Assembly: GCA_020025345.1 (NCBI GenBank)
Contig: JAHHSH010000001.1
Coordinates: forward strand, 21,555-85,554
Direction of reading: 5' to 3'
Length of the DNA stretch: 64,000 nt
From: Oscillospiraceae bacterium
GTDB taxonomy: Bacteria > Bacillota > Clostridia > Oscillospirales > Oscillospiraceae
The translations under genes were made by a program, and so were the position numbers. The notes under the pieces are model-generated. The model searched no databases and was not told the origin of the DNA. It worked only from the letters and a program-made list of their open reading frames with translations. Of this stretch, positions 50,496-60,218 are shown piece by piece; the stretch's first letter is position 1; each line of letters opens with the position of its first letter.

Positions 50496-52051
50496 TCGGC
50501 GACCCTCCCTTTCATGACTTCAATAAAGGGGTTGAAGTACTTATCATCCTTCACCACAACGCCGGCAAGGCCCTTACCGCCGTCCTTAGGACGCTTAACA
50601 TCGGCAAAGATACCCTTCTCGATGGTGGTGAACAGACCCAGCTCCTCGATCTCCTTCAGCAGATCTGCAGCCTTGGTCAGAACCTCGTTTGCACGAGTAC
50701 GGATGATACCGCCTTCCTTGTAGATCAGCTCGCCGCCCAGATCCTTCATGGTGCGGAAGATGTACTGAGCGTTCTCGATAGCCAGAGCACGGTCAGACAT
50801 AAAGGGAGTGTGGATAGCCTCGGTCATCATGCCCAGCAGCTGCAGCTTCTGGCCGGTCAGAATGGTGATCATATTGAACAGAGCATCCTGGATGTGGCCG
50901 CGGAAGATGTTACCGGTCATGAACTTCGTGGGAGGCATATACTTCAAAGGTGCCTTGGGGAAGATTTCGCGGGCCATCTGTGCCTGTGCCAGCTCATAGA
51001 GGAAGGTGTTCTCCACGGAGGGATCCATCTCGAAAGCGTGACCCAGACCCATCTGCTCCTCACGCATGCCGGCTTCCTTAGCAAATGCCTCGTTGAGGAA
51101 CTGGGAAGCCAGAACGGTGTGGGCAGCGGTGATAGCGTCATCGGTGGTCAGATAGTTATCCTCACCGGTGTTGATGATCACGCCGGCATAGCCGTTGATC
51201 ACGCGGGAGAAATACTGGTCAACGATGGTACGCTGCATGTTGATATCGCGGAACAGGATGCCGTACAGTGCGTCGTTCAGCATCACGTCCAGACGCTCCA
51301 GAGCGCCCATAGCGGCGATCTCGGGCATGCACAGGCCGGAGCAGTAGTTGCACAGACGAATGTAGCGCTTCTGCTCCTTACCCACCTCATCCAGAGCCTC
51401 ACGCATCAAGCGGAAGTTCTCCTGGGTGGCATAGGTACCGCCGAAGCCCTCGGTGGTAGCACCGTAAGGCACATAGTCCAGCAGGGACTGACCGGTGGTA
51501 CGAATAACTGCGATGATGTCAGCGCCCTGCTTTGCACCAGCCTTAGCCTGGATAATATCCTCATAGATATTACCGGTAGCCACGATGATATACAGGTAGG
51601 GGCCTTCCTTATCGCCGAACTCCTTCAGGAATTCGTTACGCTCACGGACGTTCTTATTGATACGCTCCACAGTAGCATTCACTACGGGAGTGATCTTGGC
51701 ACGGATCTCTGCGTCGCTGTGTGCGGGCAGCTTGGACAGGTCGACTTCGCCTGCGTCCACTGCCTCAGCAACGCCCTGAGGATCCTTACCGGTCTCGATC
51801 ATGGCATTACCGATTGCCCAAGCGGCACCGGCAGGGAGCATGGAGCTGGCCAGCAGGTGATCCACCACAACGTTGGGCATGGGAACATCCATCTCGTTAA
51901 CGCCATCGATGCCCAACAGACGGCAGACGGCGCGCTCCACGGTAACCGTGGTATGCTGGTCGATGAAGCCCTGGACATCCGCTGCAACTCGTGCAGCGGA
52001 TTCCCGAGCCTGATTGACCAATTCAATATTCAAGCCGAGTTTGCTTTCCAT
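50492..52051 (-). CDS. kamD: Lysine 5,6-aminomutase alpha subunit
   Basis: ATGNIYED, RTTGQSLLDYVPYG, NYCSGLCMPE and KYMPPTK. Confidence 0.97.
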   Translation of the reverse strand: MESKLGLNIELVNQARESAARVAADVQGFIDQHTTVTVERAVCRLLGIDGVNEMDVPMPNVVVDHLLASSMLPAGAAWAIGNAMIETGKDPQGVAEAVDAGEVDLSKLPAHSDAEIRAKITPVVNATVERINKNVRERNEFLKEFGDKEGPYLYIIVATGNIYEDIIQAKAGAKQGADIIAVIRTTGQSLLDYVPYGATTEGFGGTYATQENFRLMREALDEVGKEQKRYIRLCNYCSGLCMPEIAAMGALERLDVMLNDALYGILFRDINMQRTIVDQYFSRVINGYAGVIINTGEDNYLTTDDAITAAHTVLASQFLNEAFAKEAGMREEQMGLGHAFEMDPSVENTFLYELAQAQMAREIFPKAPLKYMPPTKFMTGNIFRGHIQDALFNMITILTGQKLQLLGMMTEAIHTPFMSDRALAIENAQYIFRTMKDLGGELIYKEGGIIRTRANEVLTKAADLLKEIEELGLFTTIEKGIFADVKRPKDGGKGLAGVVVKDDKYFNPFIEVMKGRVAE

Positions 52052-52069
52052 GTTCAAATTACCTCTTAA

Positions 52070-53320
52070 TTATTTCTTGACGTGACGCTCGTTACGCAGC
52101 AGCTTGGTGGGCTCCAGATAATGCTGAGCAGTACCCTCGGCAACCCAAGCAACACCCGTCTTCTCAGCCTTCTTCTTGCCCATGCAGACGTCGCAGTGGC
52201 AATCCTGAACATAGTGCTCAGGCTCGGTGTAAGAAGTGATGACGCCCTCGAAGTTACGCAGGATAACCTTGCGAGGAGTCTGGGAGATCAGGTAGTTGGG
52301 CATCACGGGAGTCTTGCCGCCGCCGCCGGGAGCGTCGACCACGAAGGTGGGGATGCAGTAACCGGAAGTATGGCCGCGCAGAGCTTCCATGATCTCGATA
52401 CCCTTGGAAACAGGAGTACGGAAGTGGCTCAGACCCAGGGAAGGATCGCAAGCATAGATATAGTAAGGACGTACACGCATCTTAACCAGCTCATGCACCA
52501 GCTCCATCATCACATGAGAGCAGTCATTCACGCCGGCCAGCAGCACGCTCTGGTTACCCAGGGGGATACCAGCGTCAGCCAGCATAGCGCAAGCCTTGGC
52601 AGCCTCGGGGGTAACTTCCTTGGGGGTGTTGAAGTGGGTATTCAGCCAGATAGGATGATACTTCTTCAGCATGTTGCACAGCTCGGGGGTAATACGCTGG
52701 GGGCAGACAACGGGAGTACGGGAGCCCAGACGCACGATCTCCACATGGGGAATGGCGCGTACGCGCTTGATGATATACTCCAGGTTCTCATCGGAAACCA
52801 TCAGGCTATCGCCGCCGGACAGCAGCACGTCGCGAACCTCGGGATGAGCAGCGACGTAATCGATGCACTTATCGATCTGAGCCATCGGCACTTCGCAGTC
52901 ATTCTGACCGGCGAAACGACGGCGGGTGCAGTGACGGCAGTACATGGAGCACTGGTCAGTGATCAGCAGCAGCACGCGGTCGGGATAACGGTGAGTCAGG
53001 CCGGGGCAGGGAGAGTCGACATCCTCGTGCAGGGGGTCGGCATCCTCGTAATCGGCATACTCCAGCTCCTCAGCGCGGGGAATAGCCATCTTACGGATGG
53101 GATCATAGGGATCATCCAGATCGATCAGGGACAGATAGTAGGGAGTAACTGCCATGCGCAGCTTGCCCAGAGTCTTAGCAACACCAGCCTCCTCATCGGG
53201 AGTCAGGTTCATATACTTCTTCAGGTCTTCAACGGTTTCGGCACGGTTATCTACCTGCCAATGCCAATCATTCCACAGATTTTCGGGAACGTCTGCAAAC
53301 AGGCCATTACGAGTCTTCAT
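52070..53320 (-). CDS. kamA: Lysine 2,3-aminomutase (radical SAM, PLP)
   Basis: THRYPDR, CSMYCRHC, DAPGGGGK and C-terminal CHCDVC Zn site. Confidence 0.98.
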   Translation of the reverse strand: MKTRNGLFADVPENLWNDWHWQVDNRAETVEDLKKYMNLTPDEEAGVAKTLGKLRMAVTPYYLSLIDLDDPYDPIRKMAIPRAEELEYADYEDADPLHEDVDSPCPGLTHRYPDRVLLLITDQCSMYCRHCTRRRFAGQNDCEVPMAQIDKCIDYVAAHPEVRDVLLSGGDSLMVSDENLEYIIKRVRAIPHVEIVRLGSRTPVVCPQRITPELCNMLKKYHPIWLNTHFNTPKEVTPEAAKACAMLADAGIPLGNQSVLLAGVNDCSHVMMELVHELVKMRVRPYYIYACDPSLGLSHFRTPVSKGIEIMEALRGHTSGYCIPTFVVDAPGGGGKTPVMPNYLISQTPRKVILRNFEGVITSYTEPEHYVQDCHCDVCMGKKKAEKTGVAWVAEGTAQHYLEPTKLLRNERHVKK

Positions 53321-53416
53321 AATCGTTGCACTCCTTTATTAATCAGTTTTTAGGGAAATAGCCCACGATGGCAGGGCGGCCGCCAAGGGACGCCCTGCCA
53401 CCCTCTTATTTATTCT

Positions 53417-54469
53417 TTAGCAGTACTTCTCATCGAACAGCTTGCGCAGCTTGGGGCACTCGCGCAGCACGTTCAGAGTGATCTCAGCGTGGTTCTTGGT
53501 GTAACCGTTACCCACGATCATGGTCACGTCCTTGCCGATACCCTCAGCGCCCAGAGCAGCCTTGGTGAAGGAAGTAGCCATGGAGAAGAAGTAAACCAGA
53601 CCGTCATCACGGACAGGCAGGATAGCGGACATCTCGCAGGACTCGATGTTCACGCAGCAGATGGAGATATCATACTCCTTGCCATCGTTGGCAGCCAGAG
53701 CAGCTTCCATAACTGCAACGGGCTTGGTGCAGTCAGCAACAACAACATCGGTGTAAACGCCCAGCTCCAGCAGGTCAGCAACCTGGGACTCCTTACGGAC
53801 AACGCCGACGACCTTACCATTGGGGCCGACCTTCTTCATAGCCTCGTAGCCGCACAGAACAGCGGACTTACCGTTAGCACCCAGAATCAGGACGCTGTCG
53901 CCCTCCTTGGGCAGCTTGCGGGCCTGAGCAGGAGCACCGGCCACGTCCAGAGCAGCCAGAGCCAGAGGCTCGGACATGTCGTCGGGCAGCTTAGCATAGA
54001 TAGCGGACTCGAACAGGATAGCCTTACCAACAATATCAACACGGTCGATATCCTTGTGGATAGCCTTGATCTCGTCAATGCGCAGGGGGGTCATGGACAG
54101 GGAGACCAGAGAAGCGATCTTGTCGCCTACCTTCAGGTCGAAGTCGGGCTTAGCCAGCAGGTCCTCACCGATGTGAGCAACCTTACCGATGAACATACCG
54201 CCGGAACCGGTCACGGGGTTCTGCTGCTTGCCGCGCTCAGCGACAATGCCCAGAATCATCTCGCCGATCTTCTTCTCGTCGCCGCCGCAAGCCTCAGAAA
54301 TCTGAGTGAAGGAAGCGGAGTCCACGTTCAGGGAGATCACGTCGCAGACGATCTCGTTGGAATAAACCTTGGACATATCGTTATCGATCTTCCAAGCAGC
54401 CTGAGTCAGAACACCCTTGGGCTCAATAACTCTGTGCGTACCGTACTTGTTACCTTTCAGCTCTGCCAT
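53417..54469 (-). CDS. kdd: L-erythro-3,5-diaminohexanoate dehydrogenase
   Basis: KYGTHRVIEP, NPVTGSGG, LDVAGAPAQ and FSMATSF...LGAEG. Confidence 0.96.
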   Translation of the reverse strand: MAELKGNKYGTHRVIEPKGVLTQAAWKIDNDMSKVYSNEIVCDVISLNVDSASFTQISEACGGDEKKIGEMILGIVAERGKQQNPVTGSGGMFIGKVAHIGEDLLAKPDFDLKVGDKIASLVSLSMTPLRIDEIKAIHKDIDRVDIVGKAILFESAIYAKLPDDMSEPLALAALDVAGAPAQARKLPKEGDSVLILGANGKSAVLCGYEAMKKVGPNGKVVGVVRKESQVADLLELGVYTDVVVADCTKPVAVMEAALAANDGKEYDISICCVNIESCEMSAILPVRDDGLVYFFSMATSFTKAALGAEGIGKDVTMIVGNGYTKNHAEITLNVLRECPKLRKLFDEKYC

Positions 54470-54538
54470 AATTAAATTCCTCCTAAATAATATGTTGGTT
54501 AATTCTGCACTTTACCGTGCAAATCTAAACACGCTAAG

Positions 54539-55360
54539 TTACTTGGTCAGGCCCAGAATCTTGCGAGCCTCATCGGGAGTAGCGACCTCGCGGCCCAGCT
54601 CCTTAGCCAGACGTACCACCTTGGCGACCAGCTCGCCGTTGGAAGCAGCCTTGTGGCCCTTGCCCAGATAGATGTTGTCCTCGAAACCGACACGGACGTT
54701 ACCGCCCATGCAGATACCGGCAACAGCCATGGGCCATGCGCCGCGGCCTACGCCGGTGACGGTCCAGGTGGAGCCTGCAGGGATCTTGTTGACCAGGAAT
54801 GCCAGGTTGTCGAAGGTAGCGGGGGTGCAGCCGTTGACGCCCAGCACGAAGTTGAACTGCATGGGAGCACCGGGAACCTCGCCCTTGGCAGCCATATTCA
54901 GGACAGTGTCCAGATGACCGATCTCGAAGCACTCATACTCGGGCTTGATGTTGTTCTCCAGCATACGCTTACCAAAGGCGCGCATGGTGGGCATATCGTT
55001 GACGAAGATATCATCGGAGAAGTTGCAGGTACCGCAGTCCAGCGTAGCCATCTCGGGCATCAGCTCAGTGGGCTGCAGACGCTCCTCGGGAGTCATACCG
55101 GTAGCACCACCGGTGGAGGGGATCAGGATCACGCCGGGGCATGCTTCCTTGATCGCATCCAAGATCACGCGGAAACGCTCACGATCCTGCGTAGGAGTAC
55201 CATCATCCTCACGGACATGGACATGGATCACAGCAGCGCCGGCCTCAAAAGCAGACTTAGCCTCGCGAACCATTTCCTCCAGGGTGTAAGGAACAGCAGG
55301 GTTGTGCTCCTTGGTAACTTCTGCGCCGCAGATAGCAGCAGTGATAATCAGCTTTTCCAT
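54539..55360 (-). CDS. kce: 3-keto-5-aminohexanoate cleavage enzyme
   Basis: KLIITAAICGAE, HVH, STGG and RVGFEDN (DUF849/BKACE). Confidence 0.96.
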   Translation of the reverse strand: MEKLIITAAICGAEVTKEHNPAVPYTLEEMVREAKSAFEAGAAVIHVHVREDDGTPTQDRERFRVILDAIKEACPGVILIPSTGGATGMTPEERLQPTELMPEMATLDCGTCNFSDDIFVNDMPTMRAFGKRMLENNIKPEYECFEIGHLDTVLNMAAKGEVPGAPMQFNFVLGVNGCTPATFDNLAFLVNKIPAGSTWTVTGVGRGAWPMAVAGICMGGNVRVGFEDNIYLGKGHKAASNGELVAKVVRLAKELGREVATPDEARKILGLTK

Positions 55361-55379
55361 TTCTACGACTGCCTCCCTA

Positions 55380-55775
55380 TTACTTATTGTTGCGCTGGCA
55401 ATCCTTGGGAGTCACGCAGGTGCCGTGAGCACGGCATACCACCACGGGCTCTTCCAGAACATCGGCAGCAGAGGGGCTGATGTCGGGGCGGGAAACAATC
55501 ACCTTGCGAGCCTCAAACTTCATCGTGCGGGAGCTGTTGCCCACCTTCTCGATCTCACCGTAAGCCTCGATGTAATCACCGGCGTATACGGGAGCCAAGA
55601 ACTCGATATTGTCGTAAGCACAGAACAGGCCCTCGTCGCCATCGCACTTGATCAGCAGCTCGGTAGCCACATCACCGAACAGGTGCACCATGTGAGCACC
55701 GTCCACCAGGTTTCCGCCGTAATGGGCATCCTTTGCGCTCATTCTCAAGCGGAGCAGAGAAGTCATCTTTTCCAT
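55380..55775 (-). CDS. kal: 3-aminobutyryl-CoA ammonia-lyase
   Basis: [17 protein letters not shown] hot-dog fold; AAGGAGG RBS before MEKMTS. Confidence 0.96.
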   Translation of the reverse strand: MEKMTSLLRLRMSAKDAHYGGNLVDGAHMVHLFGDVATELLIKCDGDEGLFCAYDNIEFLAPVYAGDYIEAYGEIEKVGNSSRTMKFEARKVIVSRPDISPSAADVLEEPVVVCRAHGTCVTPKDCQRNNK

Positions 55776-55855
55776 GATAGTATCCTCCTTAAAATTGATT
55801 GTCAGTTTGCGGTGATTTCTCATATACAGCCAGAAAGATCACCCCTTACTCCAAG

Positions 55856-55893
55856 AAAAAAAGCGCTATTGGTCAGTAGTTGACCAATAGCGC
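55856..55893 (-). terminator. Riboswitch expression-platform terminator
   Basis: 13-bp stem GCGCUAUUGGUCA/UGACCAAUAGCGC followed by U7. Confidence 0.92.
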
Positions 55894-56061
55894 ACCATGT
55901 CTTTGGAGAAGAGCATGACAGTAACATCGTTTACGCGACATCACCAAGGACAAAAGATGCAGGCCAGCTATGTCCTTTCGGCGAAAAGTCCCTTCTCAAC
56001 TCACTCTCTGAGGGCCTGTCCTCTTATGGGTTGATACCCTACTTTTCGCTCCTCTATTGAC
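55883..56061 (-). ncRNA. Lysine riboswitch (L-box) aptamer, predicted ON type
   Basis: AUAG-AGGAGCG, AGUA loop-E, GAAGGG...CGCCGAA, UUGG, ACUGUC and GUGCGCUAU landmarks in the expected order over about 175 nt, upstream of the lysine catabolic operon. Confidence 0.92.
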
Positions 56062-56087
56062 TATTATGTGGAAATCTTACAGTTAAA

Positions 56088-56116
56088 ATTATACGGATTA
56101 TTGGTGTTTTTGTCAA
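56088..56116 (-). promoter_or_regulatory. Consensus SigA promoter of the kal operon
   Basis: TTGACA-N17-TATAAT, a perfect match. Confidence 0.9.
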
Positions 56117-56182
56117 GAGATTTTCGCTTTCTTACCCCTAAAAGTTTTTTATGTGCAACATGACAAACTTTTCACAATTTTT

Positions 56183-57643
56183 TCAGTAAGATTGCTCAAT
56201 CTCCTTTAGGATTTCCGGCTTCAACGACAGCATCCGACAGATATTCAGCGCATCTCTCGGGCAATCGGAGCGTCCCTCCACCCGGTACAAGCCGTAGTTC
56301 ATGTGGCGGGCGATCACCTGAATACCGTCATCACCGGTAGCAGCCAGTTCCTGACGGATCTGCTCCGGATCTACATCGCGCAATCCAATAATCTGATAAT
56401 GCGCGCTGGCGTTCTCGGCCACCTTGTCATAGTGGGTGGTCAAAAGGGAGATTGCATCCACCTTATTGAGGTAACGAGTCACCGCCTGCACGATCACAGC
56501 ACCCTCATCGGGGTTGGTACCGCGCGCAAATTCATCCAGCATGAAGAGGGAGAAGCCTTCCTCCACCTCATCCAGTGCCTTCTGGAACTCCACGATCTCC
56601 GAGCCGAAGCCGCTCAGGCCGCTCTGAATGGACTGAAGATCATCGAAGAGCATCTTCACGCTGCTGAAAAGGGGCATTCTGGCCTTCTTGGCGCAAACAA
56701 GGAAACCGGCCTGCAGCAACAGAACATTCAGTGCCACCGTCTTCATAGCCACGGACTTACCGCCCATGTTGGCACCGGTGATCACCGTAGCGCCGGCTCC
56801 CAGAGAGATGGACACCGGCACAAAGCTGCGGCCCTTCTCCTCCAGAAGATCCTTCAGCTCCGGGTTGATCATGTCCTCCAGCTCCAGCGTACGCTCCGTG
56901 ATCTCCGGACGCACCCCGCCGTAGCGAACAGCGAAGAAAGCCTTCTGGATCAGGAAGTCCAGCCGCCCCACCGTATCGGTATCGGTCAGAATGTCGTCTG
57001 CCATGGGAGCCAGCTGCTCACCCATAGACTTGCGAACCTTCATCTCCTCGCTCTCCTCCTCCGCGCAGATGCGGGTACGGCGAGCGCGAAGCTCCTCTTT
57101 CTGTGCCTCGGTGGTTGCCTGATACAACTGCTCCTCGATCTCCTTTTTGGCCTGACGAACCTCACGCAGCTTCTGCGTAGCGTTGTCGGGAATGTAGAAA
57201 CCACGGCTGCGGGTCTCCTCGGGATCCAGTACCGCCAGCGCAGGCGCAGATTCATGGAGCACAACTCCCTGCAGGTGTGCCACTTCATTCACCTGATCCA
57301 GCAGAGGACGCAGCGTCTCCACACGCTGGAGATAGTTCTTCAGCTCAAAAAGCTCCACATGATCCGGGCACTCCAAAGCCTTGATCCGGCGCAGTGTACC
57401 ACGGATCTCCTTCATCTGGCAAAGGAGCATACTGATCTTATCATAGACCACCTTCAAGCGATCCATGGCATTGGCCATCTGCTCTACATTGTAGAGTTCC
57501 TCCTCCAGCTCGGCGCGTTCCTCGGGGCTGTAAAAGCGCAGCCGACGCATCTTTTCAATGCCGAAGGGACTGCAGCCGTGAAGTGTATCCAGCACATACT
57601 GCAGGCCGATTTTTTCTCTCTCCTCAAAACGAATAGCGATCAT
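56183..57643 (-). CDS. kamC: Lysine 5,6-aminomutase reactivase ATPase KamC (MutS-like)
   Basis: TGANMGGKS Walker A and LDEFARGTNPDEG; lacks the MutS mismatch-binding domain; context. Confidence 0.88.
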   Translation of the reverse strand: MIAIRFEEREKIGLQYVLDTLHGCSPFGIEKMRRLRFYSPEERAELEEELYNVEQMANAMDRLKVVYDKISMLLCQMKEIRGTLRRIKALECPDHVELFELKNYLQRVETLRPLLDQVNEVAHLQGVVLHESAPALAVLDPEETRSRGFYIPDNATQKLREVRQAKKEIEEQLYQATTEAQKEELRARRTRICAEEESEEMKVRKSMGEQLAPMADDILTDTDTVGRLDFLIQKAFFAVRYGGVRPEITERTLELEDMINPELKDLLEEKGRSFVPVSISLGAGATVITGANMGGKSVAMKTVALNVLLLQAGFLVCAKKARMPLFSSVKMLFDDLQSIQSGLSGFGSEIVEFQKALDEVEEGFSLFMLDEFARGTNPDEGAVIVQAVTRYLNKVDAISLLTTHYDKVAENASAHYQIIGLRDVDPEQIRQELAATGDDGIQVIARHMNYGLYRVEGRSDCPRDALNICRMLSLKPEILKEIEQSY

Positions 57644-58572
57644 GCCAGCTCCTCCTTTACATTGATGACCGGTGCATCCACCGCCTCACGCATTTTTTCC
57701 ATAAATTCATCCTTGTCGAATTTCCAGCCGTAGGCCGACACCGGGTTGATAGTAACGCACAGCGTCTTGGCAGCCTCCGCCGCCTCCAGCTTCACCTGCC
57801 GTGTTGCCAGCTTGTCCAGCGTATCCGCCTTCAAAAGCACCTTGCTGGGATCCTTCACCACCAGACGACCATTGCGCAAAACGCCGCTGCGCAGCAGGGG
57901 CAGCACCATGGAATCCGTCAGCGCGCCGGGGATCAGCGCCTCACCGTGCGCCTTCAAACAGGCCTCCAGACCCTCTTCCGGCTCCGGCGGCAGTGTTGCC
58001 GCCTTGGGAAGGTTCATAATGCGGTAGATATTGGCAGTATCCTCAATGACCTGTTCCATATTCATATGGTAGCTGGCACCGGTGCAGAGGATCACGCCCT
58101 CGGCCACCGTCCGGGCACCCAGAGACTTCCGCCCCAGTGCACCGTCAATGATGGACTGCTCCGCGCCCAGCTCAAAGAACCACTTGGACACATCCCGCAG
58201 CTGCGTCGTGATGGACGGGCCTGCCAGCTGCACATAGCCGTCGCTGCGCGCCCGCATGATCACCACCTCACCCAGCGGCGTGGGAATACCCGTGGTCATC
58301 AGGATCTCTTTGGTCACATCACCCAACCGCAGCATATCCCGAGCCGTCGCCACCATTGTACCCTCCGGCACAAAGATACTGGGCTTTTCCGTTCCTGTCA
58401 CAACGTCAGTAGATTCGCCGTCACGGCCGATGGATGTCAAGCCCAAGATTCTGTCGCGGCGGCTGTTGTGCAGCAGCCAGTTGAGCACGGTAGTCTTGCC
58501 TGCATTTTTACACATGCCCACAATGGACATGGTCTTTACCTCTTTTAAGGATTTTTCCAGCTCCGGTAACAT
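57640..58572 (-). CDS. kamB: Lysine 5,6-aminomutase reactivase subunit KamB
   Basis: SIVGMCKNAGKTTVLN, TSIGRDGE, TPLG and DGALGRKS; ATGA overlap with kamC. Confidence 0.88.
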   Translation of the reverse strand: MLPELEKSLKEVKTMSIVGMCKNAGKTTVLNWLLHNSRRDRILGLTSIGRDGESTDVVTGTEKPSIFVPEGTMVATARDMLRLGDVTKEILMTTGIPTPLGEVVIMRARSDGYVQLAGPSITTQLRDVSKWFFELGAEQSIIDGALGRKSLGARTVAEGVILCTGASYHMNMEQVIEDTANIYRIMNLPKAATLPPEPEEGLEACLKAHGEALIPGALTDSMVLPLLRSGVLRNGRLVVKDPSKVLLKADTLDKLATRQVKLEAAEAAKTLCVTINPVSAYGWKFDKDEFMEKMREAVDAPVINVKEELA

Positions 58573-58714
58573 GCTCCACGCTCCTTACGTAATTTAGTTA
58601 TGCCTGTTTTTATTATATCGTATCCATTTCAAAAAAGGAAGTAATATTTATAAAGTATAAAAACAAGCGCCGCTCCGATATTCGGAGCGGCGCCTGCCTG
58701 TAAAATCTTCTTTT

Positions 58715-59365
58715 TTACTTTACCTTTTCCAGAACCAGCGGGAACATGAATTCCGCAACTTCGTCGCCGTCAGACAGCTTATCCGCCTCAATGGTCAGCT
58801 TGTTGCCGTCCAGCTTGTAGGGATTGGGGATCACGTCTTCGGGCTCGTCACTACCCTCGCTGAGATAGATCTCGCCGCCCTTGACCATGTACTTTCCGCT
58901 GATTTCTTCCATCAAGTCAGCGACATCCAGGCCATCTGCGCCGAACATCTCATCCATCAGCTCGTCAACAGAGATACCGGCAGCTTCCATGGCCTCTTCC
59001 ACGGTCATATCCACGCCCATATCCTTGATCATCTTCTCCATATAGGCCAGAAGGATATCCTTTGTCTGTGCCTTAATGCTCTCCATGAGCTCAGTGGTGC
59101 CAGCCTCATCCATAGCCATCGTATAGGTATCATCTGCCTTCAGATCCAGGTTGATCGTCATTGCCAGATCCTTATAACCCTCCAGGCCTTCCGCATCACT
59201 ACCCAGACTTGCCATAATTTCGTCGTTAAAAATTCCCGTGATGTCGACCTTGCCGCTCCAAGTACCCACCAGAGCATCCTTGTCGTTACCACCCTTACCG
59301 CAGCCCACCAGAGCCAGCGATGCCACAATAACCAGCGCCAAAATCATTGCAATTCTCTTTTTCAT
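58715..59365 (-). CDS. Hypothetical acidic lipoprotein
   Basis: Lipobox LVGC followed by LVGTW; own terminator near 58666-58694. Confidence 0.85.
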   Translation of the reverse strand: MKKRIAMILALVIVASLALVGCGKGGNDKDALVGTWSGKVDITGIFNDEIMASLGSDAEGLEGYKDLAMTINLDLKADDTYTMAMDEAGTTELMESIKAQTKDILLAYMEKMIKDMGVDMTVEEAMEAAGISVDELMDEMFGADGLDVADLMEEISGKYMVKGGEIYLSEGSDEPEDVIPNPYKLDGNKLTIEADKLSDGDEVAEFMFPLVLEKVK

Positions 59366-59478
59366 GCTTTACCTTCCACATTTTCGTTGGTTTGATTTTT
59401 GCTTTTGTTATTTGCGTAATGTAATAAAGTGATGATACCATAGTTCTCTTTCTCCGTCAATTACTCTTCTTCGCTTTC

Positions 59479-59509
59479 TCATATTTTTATAGTCGGCGGC
59501 GCATACTAT
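59479..59509 (+). promoter_or_regulatory. SigE-like sporulation promoter
   Basis: TCATATT-N16-CATACTAT upstream of the DUF421 gene. Confidence 0.65.
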
Positions 59510-59531
59510 CTCCTAAAAGGAGGCGACCTCT

Positions 59532-60218
59532 ATGGCAACCGCATTTTTTCGTACCATCATCCTCTATCTGCTGCTGATCGCAGGACTGCGTCTGACCGGT
59601 AAGCGCCAAATCGGCGAGCTGGAGCCCACAGAACTGGTGCTGACCATGCTTCTAAGCGATCTGGCTGCCGTACCCATGCAGGATTTCGGCATTCCACTAA
59701 TCCATGGTGTGATCCCCATTCTCACTCTTCTGGCGCTTTCAACTCTTCTGAGCTACTTCAGCCTGTGCAATGTTCGCTTCCGTTCCTTAGCCTGCGGCGA
59801 GCCCACCATTATTATCCGCAACGGTAAGCTGTTACAGGATGCCATGCGCCACACGCGCCTGACGTTAGACGAACTGATGGAAGAACTGCGCCAGCAGAGC
59901 ATCTGCGACCTCTCCACCGTCAAATATGCCGTTCTGGAGACAAGTGGACAGCTATCGGTACTGCTCTACCCCCAATATCAGCCCTTGACACCCCAAACGG
60001 TGACGCAGCCACCCGCCGAGGACAGCGTAACCCTGCCCACCATTATCATCAGCGACGGCCGTCTTTTAAAAGAAAACCTGCACCACGCCGGATACGAGGA
60101 GAACTGGCTGAAGGCACAGCTGAAAAAAGCCGGCATCGCACGCCCCGGTGACGTCTTTCTGCTGACAGTGGACGAAGTCGGTCAAGTATTTTTGCTGAAA
60201 AAGGAGGTGGATCGATGA
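59532..60218 (+). CDS. DUF421/YetF family membrane protein
   Basis: GKRQIGEL, GEPTIIIRNG and AVLETSGQLS. Confidence 0.93.
   Translation: MATAFFRTIILYLLLIAGLRLTGKRQIGELEPTELVLTMLLSDLAAVPMQDFGIPLIHGVIPILTLLALSTLLSYFSLCNVRFRSLACGEPTIIIRNGKLLQDAMRHTRLTLDELMEELRQQSICDLSTVKYAVLETSGQLSVLLYPQYQPLTPQTVTQPPAEDSVTLPTIIISDGRLLKENLHHAGYEENWLKAQLKKAGIARPGDVFLLTVDEVGQVFLLKKEVDR

Noticed and set aside
52070..53320. EF-P modification enzyme EpmB or osmolyte-pathway AblA
   Set aside because: Sits within a full kal-kce-kdd-kamDE catabolic operon; no efp, epmA or ablB nearby
56183..57643. MutS/MutS2 mismatch-repair call
   Set aside because: Only the ATPase part is present, with no mismatch-binding or Smr domain; coupling to kamB indicates KamC
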